From Squalus acanthias (taxonomy: Eukaryota), in the NCBI GenBank assembly GCA_030390025.1, contig CM059433.1, positions 4,836,001-4,900,000 of the forward strand: a DNA stretch of 64,000 bases. Reading direction: 5' to 3'. The position numbers were made by a program, and so were the translations under genes. Positions 1 to 11,368 of this stretch are shown one piece after another. The notes under the pieces were generated by a model. That model did no database searches and had not been told where the DNA came from. It worked only from the letters and a program-made list of their open reading frames with translations. Each line of letters opens with the position of its first letter. Positions within the stretch are counted from its first letter, which is position 1.

Positions 1-1010
1 ACAATAAGTTTCCGTGCGGTGGGATTATTGACTCCTTTCAACTGGCGGAGAGGCACTCGCTCGGCTCCCAGCTTGGGTGAGAAAGTGTCCTGACAAAGCT
101 TCGGGCGGGACAGAGCAAAGTTCTTTCAATTCAAGGAGATACCAAAGAGAGTTCTCCAAAAGACAATCCGGTGAGAAAACGTTCCCGGTGGCGAGGTCAT
201 ATTTTGTTGAGGGGGTTGGGGGGAAATCCAGCAGTGAGAGAGTCTCATCAACACATCACTTCCAAACTCTGCATCGACCGCCTGCAGGCTGCTCAATCAC
301 AGCACGGTTACACACAGAAATAGAATCATTGGAATTAAAACAACAGAAATAACGCCGGGACCAATATCTCTTGAACCCTGAATCCCACAAGGAAACCTTG
401 GCCACACAGACCGGTCCAAGCCGATCTTTGACTTCTTTTTTTTGTTGTTCCCCGAGCGGTTTGCACCGTGTCAGAAACTTCACCAATAAACGAAGGCAGA
501 CGGAACAAAAATAAATAAAACAAAATCTTACCGCAAAAAAATGGAAAGGAAAACCAATTTGCCGCAGCTTATTCTCCGCCTTGACTCCAAATCTCGTTTG
601 TCCCAGGTTATTTGTTGCTTGGAGAATAACAACAATAGTCAGAGAGCGAGCGCTGTGGAACCGGCGCTGCCAAACTCATTTGAAGCAAAAAGCCAGACTG
701 GCGAACCCGGGATGCACGTGGTTGCGCCGACGTAGTTGCCTTGAGGGCAGGAATGGGAAAGGGCATTGTTGTCGAAGGGAGTGCTGCTGCTGCCTTGCTT
801 GTGAACCATTGCAGCCCCCCCCACGCTTTATCTGCAGCGTCCCCCGCACAATATACAAATAAATCTTTTTTACGATATTGGTCTTGCTGCCTTGCAGGGT
901 GGAGGTTGTGTCTGCAGGACTACCTGCCCTCAGGATCGCCCTCAGTGGCGCGGAAAATCTGTGGATGTGTGTTGGAAGCTGGGTTGCGTTTCGCAGGAAT
1001 TAACGTTTAG
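1..1010. promoter_or_regulatory. CpG-retaining promoter-like segment with a candidate minus-strand non-coding first exon (about 532-720)
   Basis: CpG is frequent compared with the depleted flanks. The minus strand has the donor GCG|GTAAGA at 532/531, there is an E-box CACGTG near 715-720 and a GTTGCC half X-box near 735. No recognisable protein. Confidence 0.4.
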
Positions 1011-1177
1011 TGAAGGTTCGGGTTTTTTTTTCTCTGTTTAGTTTGAGATACTGCGAGGTGTAGATGCTTGTGTGTGAGTGTGAGTGTGTTGCGCCCTCTT
1101 CCTACAGCCCAACACAATTGTTGCAATCCTCGTTCTCAGTGTGGGCCGAACTGAAGAAAGGACCCTCTTGGTTTTTT

Positions 1178-2050
1178 CTGTTATTTTATAGCGCCTTTTA
1201 TGACCACAGGATGTCCCAAAGCACTTCACAGCCAATTAAGTACTTTTAAAGTATAGTCACTGTTGTAATGTGGGGAAATTCGGCAGCCAATTTACCCACA
1301 ACTCGATCCTACAAACAGCAATCAGACAATGACAAGAAATTCTGGATTTTTTTGGGGGGGTGGGGGGGCGTGGGGCGAGATTGAGGGAATAAATGTTCGC
1401 AAGGACAGCAGGGGATCTCCCTGCTCTTCTTCAAATAGGGCCATGGTATATTTATGTTCACTTGAGAGACCTACAGATCCTTGGTTCAACATCACACCCA
1501 AAAGCCAGCACTCCTCGAGTCCAACAACAACAACAACTTGTATTTATATAGCGCCTTTAACGTAGTAAAACGTCCCAAGGCGCTGCACAGGAGTATTGCA
1601 AGACAAAAAATTTGACACCGAGCCACATAAGGATAAATTAGGGCAGGTGACCAAAAGCTTGGTCAAAGAGGTAGATTTTAAGGAGCGTCTTAAAGGAGGA
1701 AAGAGAGGTAGCGAGGCGGAGAGGTTTAGGGAGGGAATTCCAGAGCTTAGGGCCCAGGCAACAGAAGGCATGGCCACCAAAGGTTGAGCGATTATAATCA
1801 GGGATGCTCAAGAGGGCAGAATTAGAGGAGCGCAGATATCTCTGGGGGTTGTGGGGCTGAAGGAGATTACAGAGATAGGGAGGGGTGAGGCCATGGAGGG
1901 ATTTGAAAACAAGGATGAGAATTTTGAAATCGAGAGTCCTGCTCTGAAGTGTCAGCCTAGATTACATACTCAAGTCTCTGGAGCAGGGCTTCAACCCACA
2001 ACCTCCTGTCCAAGGGGAAAGAGTGCTACTACTGGCCAGAGGCTAACACC
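1178..2050 (-). mobile_element. tRNA-derived Deu-domain SINE (SacSINE1/AmnSINE1-related), split by an L2 insertion
   Basis: Reverse complement matches the + copy at 4185-4635 (tail, body, head with B-box GGTTGAAGCCC). Interrupted at 1523-1933. Confidence 0.8.
1523..1933 (-). mobile_element. L2 LINE 3' fragment
   Basis: (AAC)n tail followed by TTGTATTTATATAGCGCCTTTAACGTAG, the reverse complement of the L2 3' ends near 25200 and 58650. Flanked by the direct repeat GAGTCC (1517-1522, 1934-1939). Confidence 0.85.
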
Positions 2051-2570
2051 CTATGTACAAGTATCAAAAATGGGACAATAACATAGCATTTGACCAATTA
2101 TGCCATCTCATTCCACAGACATAGACTATATACAATCTGTTGAGTTATCTTCTTCTGTGCCAAATGGCACAATGAGGCATCCCATTTCTTCCACTTCTTT
2201 ACATCCAGCAGATTGCGCTCTGGGTTGTTTCCGCAACAAAGTTCCATTTTTACGTGGACAAGTCGTTAGCCTGACTCACGACCTGGACAACTGGCTGAAT
2301 GCAATGGAGGTCATCACATAACTCCCATCGGATATGAGTAACCCGCTAAATGTCAGTGGTGAATGTGAGATGGTAGTTGGAGAAAGAGCTGGCTAAGGGC
2401 AGGAGGTGGTAGGAGGGAAAGGAAATGGGTGAGGAGTGAGAAGGAATGGGCAATTGAGTTGCTCAGGATGGAAGGGAAAGGGGAGAGGTGGTATGTGGTA
2501 GAAGGGAGTGTAAGAAAGCCGGGTTTCAGTATCCTGACAAATATATGCAGAGGAACCAGACAAATCCTTA

Positions 2571-3313
2571 GGGGGAGAAATTCGGTTGCTTTGCACCTCC
2601 CGTTAGCGCCCTAAGAGGGCACAAAGCAGCTAGCGCCCGGGCGCGGCGCCGCCAACGCCTCCCGCAAAATTCAGCGGGAGGTTAGCGGCGGCAGTAACCA
2701 TTAGCGCTCCGCGCCGCTGCACCGCTAGCGATGACGTCGTCACCCTGCGCAGCGCCCCGCTCGCGCCCCAGCCATGATCTTCGGTAGCGCCCCCTGAGTT
2801 ACCGCCGGACGCTATGTCCGACGGGGTCAGGGGGGCCTACCTGCAGCCGGGGCGGTGCTAATTAAAGGCGAGGTGCCGGGTGGCCATTTTTGTTGCTGGC
2901 CGCCTGCCTCCATTGCCGTCCCTGGCCTCCTGACCCGCCCGTCCCCCCGTGGAGTGCCGGCTGCGCTCCGTGAGCCCGGCACTTCTTTTGAGTGCCGGGC
3001 TCTTTTGCCAGCACTTCGATCCTGGTGGCCCAGCTGGGCCCCGGGTCGCGCTGCGCAAGGCCCCTCCCCTTTAATAAGGGGAGGAAGGCCTGCAATACCG
3101 CGGTGCGATGTGCTGTAGTGCGTGGCGCTGTGCACGTAGCGCCGCGATATTCCCTCGCAGCGCCCCAAGAGGGAGGCGGGGCGCTTCCAGTGGCACCCCG
3201 CTTTCCTCTTGGGGCGCTACCGATTAATTTCGGCCGCGGAGGTGCTAATTTTTTTGGGGCGCTACTTTGGCGAAGTTAGCACCCCAAAGGGGGCGCGACT
3301 CAATTTTTCCCCT
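2571..3313. mobile_element. PIF/Harbinger-type non-autonomous element (MITE), very CpG-rich
   Basis: Inverted termini GGGGGAGAAATT / AATTTTTCCCCT with TTA on both sides. Interior rich in AGCGCC motifs. Confidence 0.7.
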
Positions 3314-3889
3314 TTAACTCCCAGTGTAGGTCCAGGGATGAATGCTAACTGGCTCAGCTCGCTGAACCGGCTTACGATCACGAGTCCGGATTGAAATTAA
3401 TTTGATGTACTAACCTGCGATTAGGTTACCCTCAAGCTGCTAAGTGAGTGAATTAACTCTTTCTTGCCCAATTATCAAGGATGAAGTCAAACCACAAGTC
3501 AAGCACTAAACGCTATTGGTTGGTTACAAATCACAACTTAAAATTAAATTTGGGTGCCTGAACGCTTAGTAGACAGACATAAATGTAATCGGTTACCTAG
3601 AAGTTGAGGAGCAACCAATTAATGAACAGAGTTACTTCACAAAATGAGTAGCAAAGAATGCGTCTTCTGCAGAGTGGGAGCGGCCGGGATTCGGGGAAGA
3701 AGGCGGCCATGGTCATGTGTCTCCTCCAAGTCAGCACCCTCATGGTGCGGCGTGGGAATGAGAGTGCCCACGCCACTTTTCCAGCCTTCCCCCCTCCCAG
3801 GAGCTTGGCTTCCTCATCTTCCTCCTGGTCCCCCTGTCCCGTGTCCCCCTGCTCAGTCCTTCCACATTCGATGTAAAGCAAGCCTCACC

Positions 3890-5080
3890 TCGAAGGCTTT
3901 CGTTTTCCCAGCCTCAGTTGAAATTTTCTACGTGCTCATATCTGTCACATTTGACGCCTTGTGTTGAAAAGTATTTAAAAATACCTCCAGACCTCCTCTT
4001 CATGAACCCATATTGGCTATTTCTATGATTGTATTTCTATCCAGATGCTCCATGATCTTATCTTTAATTAGGGTTTCAAGAACTTTACCCACAATGGACA
4101 CCAAACTCACTGGTCTGCAGCTTCCTGGGTCACTTTTGCTACCTCTTTTAAAAATAGGAGGACCATCTGCCTTTCTCCTGCCTGTCAGCCAGTGGTTAGC
4201 ACACTCGCCTCTGAGTCAGAAAGTTGTGGGTTCAAGTCTCACTCCAGGGACTTGAGCACATAAATCTGAGCTGACACTCCCAGTGCGGTACTGAGGGAAT
4301 GCTGCACTGTCGGAGATGCCGTCTTTCGGGTGAGACGTTAAACCGAGGCCCCGTCTGCTCTCTCAGGTGGACGTAAAAGAACCCAGGGCACTATTTCGAA
4401 GAAGAGCAGGGGTGTCCAGTGGCCAATATTTATCCCTCAATCAACATCACTAAAACAGATTATCTGGTCATTATCACAGTGCTGTTTGTGGGAGCTTGCT
4501 GTGCGTACATTGGCTGCTGCCTTTCCTACATTACAACAGTGGCTACACTTCAAAAAATTATTTCATTGGCTGTAAAGCGCTTTGGGATGTCCGGTGGTCA
4601 TGAAAGGCTCTGTGTAAATGCAAGTCTTTCTTTCCAGGCACCTCTCCAGTATTCAGCGATTTCTGAAAGATTTGTGCCAGAGTTCCTTCAATTTCCTCCC
4701 TTATTTCCTTAAGAATCCTTGTATGCATCTTATCTGGCCCTGAGATTTATTCACCTTAAGTTTGCACAGCTGTTCAGCAACCATTCAGCTACTAATGTGA
4801 ACAGTGTCACAACTTATGTCTGCAACACCCTCTAGTTCCCTTTCCAGATCAAATAAGTTACTTGTCTCCTCCTTGGTAAAAAAACTGAGGCAAAAAACTT
4901 ATTTAGAAACTTTCAGCCTGTACAGCATCACTTGTCATGCCCTCACCCGATCCCACTTTCAGTGGCCCCAGTCCATCTCTCTTTTTCCTTTTTCTCTTAA
5001 TATAATTAAAAAACTTTTTCTTATTATCCTTCACTCCTCTTGCCATATTCAATTCAAAAAAATCTTTTTGCCATTTTGAT
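3890..5080 (-). mobile_element. Degenerate CR1 LINE ORF2 fragment, split by a SINE
   Basis: Minus-strand translation ARGVKDNKKKFFNYIKRKRK parallels LANNIKTDSKSFYRYIKRKR of the CR1 near 18070. The RT-proximal part lies near 4010-4170. Confidence 0.7.
4185..4635 (+). mobile_element. Near full-length Deu-domain tRNA-SINE (SacSINE1-like)
   Basis: A/B-box-like head (GTGGTTAGCAC...GGTTCAAGTCT), Deu core GTACTGAGGGAATGCTGCACTGTCGGAG...TTAAACCGAGGCCCC, and an L2-like tail TAAATGCAAGTCTTTCTTT. Confidence 0.85.
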
Positions 5081-5834
5081 GTTGTTTTTACACTGAAGGC
5101 ATGCCTTTCGGTTTTGAATCCTGCTCCTCCTGGCCCACAAGGAACCTTTAAAAATGAGGGGGGAAAAAACACCTGGACCTCTTGTGGCCAGTATCGCTAC
5201 TGCCGTCCACTTTTGCTGTGTGGGCCTTAATCAGGCAGGTGGTTGAAATGGTGTGCGTGTCCCGATGATGCAATGCTCCCGTTCAAATTAGGCCCCCAAT
5301 TGGCAATTATCCTTCTCACGTCTGAATTCAGGCAAGTAAAAATGGTGCGGGTCGAGAAGGGGGAGTTAAAATCGGCCCTATTGTCTGTTTAAAAAATAGT
5401 CAGATTTAAACCACTATTTAACTAATGCACTTTTAGTTGCTGGGTTACCGGTCGGGGTAGAGTTTCCGCTTTGGACGCAATCGGCGATCCGATTGCACCC
5501 GTTTTGAGAAGTGTTTTTTTTCTCACGTTTCCGCTCAAACTTATTTGCATATCATTGAACACAAAATCTGCCATGAACCAGCGTGATCGGCATTTTAAAA
5601 TGTAATTTAAAAAAAAATATTGCTTTAAGTAATATTCCTTGATGTATTTAAGAGCAGTAACCTGGTGCAGTTTGATTAATACAGCTGAAAATGGGTTTAT
5701 CACAAAATATAATCATTTTTAATCATAGTGTCCAGTCCACCACCTGTGAGTAACCCGATTTTAAATAACTGAAAATGACTTTAAAAAATATACAGAATCA
5801 TTTGCTGGTTATATGCTCAGTTATTGAGTATATT

Positions 5835-6060
5835 CAAAAGTGAGAAGTCGCACAACACCAGGTTATAGTCCAACAGCTTTATTTGAAATCACAAGCTTTC
5901 GGAGCTCTGCTCCTTCGTCAGGTGAAGTGAAGACATCTCTTCACTTCACCTGACGAAGGAGCAGCCGCTCCGAAAGCTTGTGATTTCAAATAAAGCTGTT
6001 GGACTATAACCTGGTGTTGTGCGACTTCTCACTTTTGTCCACCCCAGTCCAACACATCAG
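5835..6060. mobile_element. Penelope-like inverted terminal-repeat (fold-back) element with two minimal hammerhead ribozyme cores
   Basis: Near-perfect inverted repeat at 5835-6037. Each arm carries CTGACGA-A-GGAGC..GCTCC-GAAAGCTT. Direct repeat GAGTATATTCAA at 5826-5837 and 6061-6072. Confidence 0.8.
5946..5983 (+). ncRNA. Minimal type I hammerhead ribozyme motif (mirror copy on - at 5889-5925)
   Basis: Stem I TCAC/GTGA, core CTGACGA plus one extra A, stem II GGAGC/GCTCC, GAAA, loop-less palindromic stem III AGCT, putative CUU cleavage triplet. Confidence 0.7.
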
Positions 6061-6804
6061 GAGTATATTCAAGACAGAGATCAGTAGATTTTAGGGTACT
6101 CAGAGAATCAACGGATATGGGGATCGGTCGGGAAGGTGGAGTTAAGGTAAAAGATCAGCTATGATCTAATTGAATGGCGGCGAAGCCTCAAAGGGCTGAA
6201 CGGCCTACTCCTGCTTCTATTTCTTATGTTATTATGTTCTTACATTGGGGTACAGTCGTCAGTTTCTTAGCAAATAAAAAAAAATTACATTCAAAAAGCT
6301 TTTAAAACGTGCCTATTGGTGTCCTTGCGCCCAAAAGAACCAGCTTCACTTTCAGAGCCTCCTTGAAGGCCTGCAAATGAGTGCAATTTGCGGAAATTCC
6401 CAATGGTGATTAATTCGCTCTAGAGGCATGGTCAGTGTTGTGGGCGTGGCCAGTGTTGTGGGCGGGGCCTGCTTTTAGCGCAATGTTTTTTAAACTAGCG
6501 CAAAAGATCGCAGAAAATCAATTTGCTCTGATCGTAATTTGCACTTAAAATTCCGTGATCTTTTGCGCCAGTTACACCGATTTCAGGTGAATCATGCCGA
6601 AAAAAACAGTGCAGCTGAGCGGAAACTTTACCCCGTTTGTTTTAATGATGCCCTCCTCCTGGAGGGGAAGCTTGTGGGAATATTTTTCCCGAGTGACATT
6701 GGGCGAGCTCAATGTCACTCCACGGACTCAGACAAAATAGAGCCAAGTCTCAGAGACACCTGTGTCATCTGAGCTCTGCCTACTTGTGCAGGGAAGGAGA
6801 AGGA

Positions 6805-7078
6805 CAAGAACGGAGATGAGAAGGAATTTCTTCTCTCAGAGGGTCGTGAATCTTTGGGATTCTCTACCCCAGAGAGCTGTGGAGGCTGAGTCATTGAATA
6901 TATTTAAGGTGGAGATTGACAGACATTTGAACAATAAGGGAGTCAAGGATTATGGGAAGCGGGCAGGGAAGTGGAGTTGAGGCCAAGACCAGATCAGCCA
7001 TGATCTTACTGAATGGCGGAGCAGGCTTGAGGGGCCAAATGGCCCACTCCTGCTCCTATTTCTTATGTTCTTATGTAA
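6805..7078 (+). mobile_element. CR1 3' end fragment
   Basis: Translates to RTEMRRNFFSQRVVNLWDSLP (CR1 ORF2 C-terminus), followed by a TTCTTATG tail. Confidence 0.85.
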
Positions 7079-7679
7079 GAACAAGAAGAAGGAGATCCCT
7101 TCAACACAGTCAGCACCGATGTCACTGTAACTCAGTTCCTTATAAGATAACTGCCAAATTGCCAGGATTCACCTCTCTGGCACTGGTGGATCCCCATAAA
7201 ACCGACCTCTTCCCCGTAGTACCAACCCAAGATCAGTGTCGTTACTATTGTCAGCTGTTCATGTCTCTGGCCATTCTGAAGTTAATCTGCAGTTACACAC
7301 CTTGGTATTGGCGGCCAATCCCTCGCTACTTAAACAACAGGGGATTTTCATCATAAGGCTGATTCTTCCAGCAACGTAGTCTCCGAGTACAAAGCCACTC
7401 CCAGCAGCATGACCCCTACTGGAAGCAGCAGTGCAAATCAAACTAAAAGATCAGTGATTAATAATCTCAGTATTTCTTTGTGGATTCTGCCTTTAGTTCC
7501 ATTATCAAAGAGCTGTGATCAGCGCCTGTTAGTGAATGCCTTGGATCTTTTAGATTGCTGATCCTTGTGTCCTTTTCCTCTCCTCCCTTTGAGTGCCAGA
7601 GTAAGGAGTTACGTGCCTCCTAAGCATCCATGCATCCAAAGATACATGCTGCGACAACCAAAAGAACCACCTCAAAAGC

Positions 7680-8000
7680 CACTGATGTCGGCAAGATTCC
7701 TCAGTAGTATTTGGTTTCATTCGGATCGCTCTTCTTGTGGACAGAAGCTATAGCTGCCCTTTGGAATGCTGGTATTCAGGCCTCAAATAGAATCCCATTC
7801 CCCAGCCTCGGTGGACCAGCTGCAAGGCAAGTTAGTAGCTCGTGGCATTAATTTCCTAAATCACTGCATGTCTTTCCCCTTCTCACCGAGAGCAACATTT
7901 ACCAATTCTGCATGAATACCGTCCATGCCTGTGACGCAATGCGGAGTCCACTTCCTTCCAGTGAACTGGTTCACTAAAGCGCGGTACGCTCCACTGTCTT
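7680..8000 (-). mobile_element. Ancient degenerate non-LTR retrotransposon RT fragment (RTE-like)
   Basis: Minus-strand motifs EPVHWKEVDSAL, TGMDGIHAELV and FQRAAIASVHKKSDPNETKYY*GILPTSVAFEV resemble the pre-RT PGPDGIPAE and IHKKGD..NYRGISLLSV motifs. Confidence 0.6.
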
Positions 8001-8639
8001 TTCCAACTCCCATGCAGATGAGTTTTTAATATAGTCTCTTGGGTCAGACACCTACTCAGGATAACGCGGTCTCCCACGGTCACATTGTCTGTTGATGAGT
8101 TCATCCTACCGTAGTCACACAGACTCAGTTGATAGTATGCTTCTTGTGGTTGAGCGTCTTGACCCACTCACTCTCAGCAGAGAGGTCATCATCCAATCCA
8201 ACCTGGCAGTCATCTTTTGTTGCAAGAACAGCACCTTGCCCAAAAAAGTAAGTGCTGCCCTCTTGACGTAGAAGGTAGCGAGCCAGTGGTGTGAGGTTTG
8301 CCAGTAATGTCAAACAATTCAATTGGACAACAAAGAAAGTGCCAAGCTATTCACAACGACAGAATAAATTGCTAAGCTGCTCTGAATGACATGCTGATGC
8401 CCCGTTTGGTGAAGGAAGGAAAGAGTGCTGCTGCCTTGGGGATTTTCTTCAACTTTGAAGCTGACATATTTCAGTCACCCGTACGGAGCAATGAATAGTC
8501 AGGAAACTGCTCCGCAAAGCCAGCCAGAGATATTCTACAGTCTTAAGGGCTCTTTGGTACTCAGTCAGCAGCCTGGAGTTTTTGAAGAATACACATGGGC
8601 CCCACAAGCCAATGTCTAGACTCATTCAAGAGCATCTAC

Positions 8640-8942
8640 ACAAAAGCTCGTCCAAAGCTCTGCTGCTCATATCCTATCCTGCATCAAATTCTCTTTGTCC
8701 ATGACCTTAGTTTCAATGACCTACATTGGCTTCCAAACCCTCAGTGCCTAAAATTTAAAATTCTTGTCCCGATCTTTAATTCTGTACATGGTTTTGCCCC
8801 TCCCTACCTCTGTAACCTCCGCTAGGCCCAGAACCTCCTCCAAACTCGGTTTGTCTGCCTCAAGCTGCTTGTGCATCCCCCCTCCCTATGTCCCACCATT
8901 GGTAGCCATGCCTTCAGCTGCCTAGGTCGGATACTCTGGAAT
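8640..8942 (+). mobile_element. Old L2 3' fragment
   Basis: DLHWLP...KFKILV...HGFAPPYL (L2 ORF2 C-terminus). Confidence 0.75.
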
Positions 8943-10460
8943 ACAGCAAAGGCTGTGGGCCCCGACAACATCCCGGCTGTCGTGCCTCGAGCCAAGCTGT
9001 TCTAGTACAGCTACAACACTGGCATCTATCCGACAATGTGGAAAACTGCCCAGGTATGTCCTGTCCACAAAAAGCAGGACAAATCCAATCCGGCCAATTA
9101 CCGCCCCATCAGTCTACTCTCAATCATCAACAAAGTGATGGAAGGTGTCATCAACAGTGCTATTAAGCGTCCCTTACTCACCAATAACTTGCTCACCGTT
9201 GCTCAGTTTAGGTTCCGCCAGGACCACTCGGCTCCCGACCTCATTACAGCCTTGGTCCAAACACGAACAAAGGAGCTGAATTCCACAGGGGAGGTGAGAG
9301 TGACTGCCCGTGACATCAAGGCAGCATTTGACCAAGTGTGGCATCAAGGAGCCCTAGTAAAACTGAAGTCAATGGGGATCGGGGGGAAAACTCTTCACTG
9401 GCTGGAGTCATAACTAGCACAAAGGAAGATGGTTGTGGTGGTTGGAGGTCAATCAACACAGCCCCAGGACATCGCTGCAGGAGTTCCTCAGGGCAGTGTC
9501 CTAGGCCCAACCATCTTCAGCTGCTTCATCAATGATCTTCCCTCCAACATAAGGTCAAAAAAGGGGATGTTCGCTGATGACTGCACAGTGTTCAGCGCCA
9601 TTCACAACTCCTCAGATAATGAAGCAGTCCATGCCCACATGCAACAAAACCTGGACAACGTTTAGGCTTGGGCTGATAAGTGGCAGGTAACATTCATGCC
9701 ACACAAGTGCCAGGCAATGACTATCTCTAACAAGCGAGAGTCTAACCACTGCCCCTTGACATTCAACGGCATTACCATCACCGAATCCCCCACCATCAAC
9801 ACCCTGGGGGTCACCATTGACCAGAAACTTAACTGGACCAGTCACATAAATAATATGGCAACAAGAGCAGGTCAGAGGCTAGGTATTCTGTGGCGAGTGT
9901 CTCACCTCCTTACTCCCCAAAGCCTTTCCACCATCTACAAGGCACAAGTCAGGAGTGTGATGGAATACTCTCCATTTGTCTGGATGAGTGCAGCTCCAAC
10001 AACACTCAAGAAGCTCGACACCATCCAGGACAAAGCAGCCCGCTTGATTGGAACCCCATCCACCACCTTAAACATTCACTCCCTCCACCACCAGCGTACC
10101 GTGGCTGCAGTGTGTACCATCTACAAGATGCACTGCAGCAACTCGCCAAGGCTTCTTTGGCAGCACCTCCCAAACCCACGACCTCTTCAATCAAGGACAA
10201 GAGCAGCTAGCGAATAGGAACACCATCACCTCCAAGTTCCCCTCCAAGTCACACACCACCCTGACTTGGAAGTATATCACCGATCCTTCATCGTCGCTGG
10301 GTCAAAATCCTGGAACTCCCTCCCTAACAGCACCTTCACCACACGGACTACAGCGGTTCAAGAAGGCGGCTCACCACCACCTTCTCAAGGGCAATCAGGG
10401 ATGAGCAATAAATGCTGGCCTTGCCAGTGACGCCCACATCCCATAAACGAATAAAAAAAA
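8943..10460 (+). mobile_element. CR1 LINE (family A), 5'-truncated: RT domain, 3' UTR and A tail
   Basis: ORF pieces NPANYRPISLLS, DIKAAFD, GVPQGSVLGP, FADD. Ends GAATAAAAAAAA. Contains stops and frameshifts. Confidence 0.9.
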
Positions 10461-10932
10461 TGTTTTTAAATGCTAACCATGTGACAAATAATTCAGTATC
10501 GTGACGTCATCAGCAGAGACAAATTCTCATCCTTCTAGCCTATCAGTTAGTGGCCAAGTCCTCAGCTCCCTGCTTCCTCCCACACCAGTCCCAGTCTCTC
10601 CCCCTTTCCCACCCACAGTCCCTCCAAACCCAAACCTCAAGCAAACACTTTCTCAACCCATGCCTCCCATTCCCTTGTATGAAGCCACCAAGAGGACACA
10701 TGCCCATGACTCAGAGAGACAGATCACTTCTGCACCTATCAAAGATTTGGAGTCCCAGATCTGCCTCCACATCTCCATGACAAATGAGAGGAAAAGGAGA
10801 GACTGTGAGACATATCGAAAAAGAGAGAGATACAAAGTGTGTGGAAATTATACAGAGTATTCGACGTACAGGAAGAAGGATAGACAGAGGGATTGAAAGA
10901 GACAGATACTGACAAAAAAACATCGTGTATGA

Positions 10933-11368
10933 GAGGCATACAGAGAGAGTAAGGGGCATACAGAGAGAGTAAGGGGCATACAGAGAGAGTAAGGGGCATA
11001 CAGAGAGAGTAAGGGGCATACAGAGAGAGTAAGGGGCATACAGAGAGAGTAAGGGGCATACAGAGAGAGTAAGGGGCATACAGAGAGAGTAAGGGGCATA
11101 CAGAGAGAGTAAGAGGCATACAGAGAGAGTAAGAGGCATACAGAGAGAGTAAGGGGCATACAGAGAGAGTAAGGGGCAGAGAGAGTAAGGGGCATACAGA
11201 GAGAGAAAGGGGCATACAGAGAGAGTAAGGGGCATACAGAGAGAGTAAGGGGCATACAGAGAGAGAAAGGGGCATACAGAGAGAGTAAGGGGCATACAGA
11301 GAGAGTAAGGGGCATACAGAGAGAGTAAGGGGCATACAGAGAGAGTAAGGGGCATACAGAGAGAGTAA
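10933..11368. repeat. 20-bp minisatellite (GGGGCATACAGAGAGAGTAA), about 22 units
   Basis: Directly visible tandem array with a few G>A and T>A variants and one 4-nt deletion. Confidence 0.97.

Larger units (their letters stand above)
5812..6240 (+). mobile_element. CR1 3' end fragment, interrupted by the fold-back element
   Basis: GAATGGCGG...GGCCTACTCCTGCTTCTATTTCTTATGTT tail shared with other CR1 ends in the window. Confidence 0.8.
5454..6634. mobile_element. Harbinger-type MITE with nested CR1 and Penelope-like insertions
   Basis: Terminal inverted repeats GGGGTAGAGTTTCCGCT / AGCGGAAACTTTACCCC with one mismatch. Flanks GTC/GTT. Confidence 0.7.

Noticed and set aside
3644..3967. GC-rich ORFs, one beginning MSSKECVFCRV (HIT-family-like start)
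   Set aside because: No HIT motif or further similarity, and no convincing exon structure.
4185..4255. tRNA gene
   Set aside because: This is the tRNA-derived head of a SINE. It has no complete cloverleaf and continues into the Deu domain.
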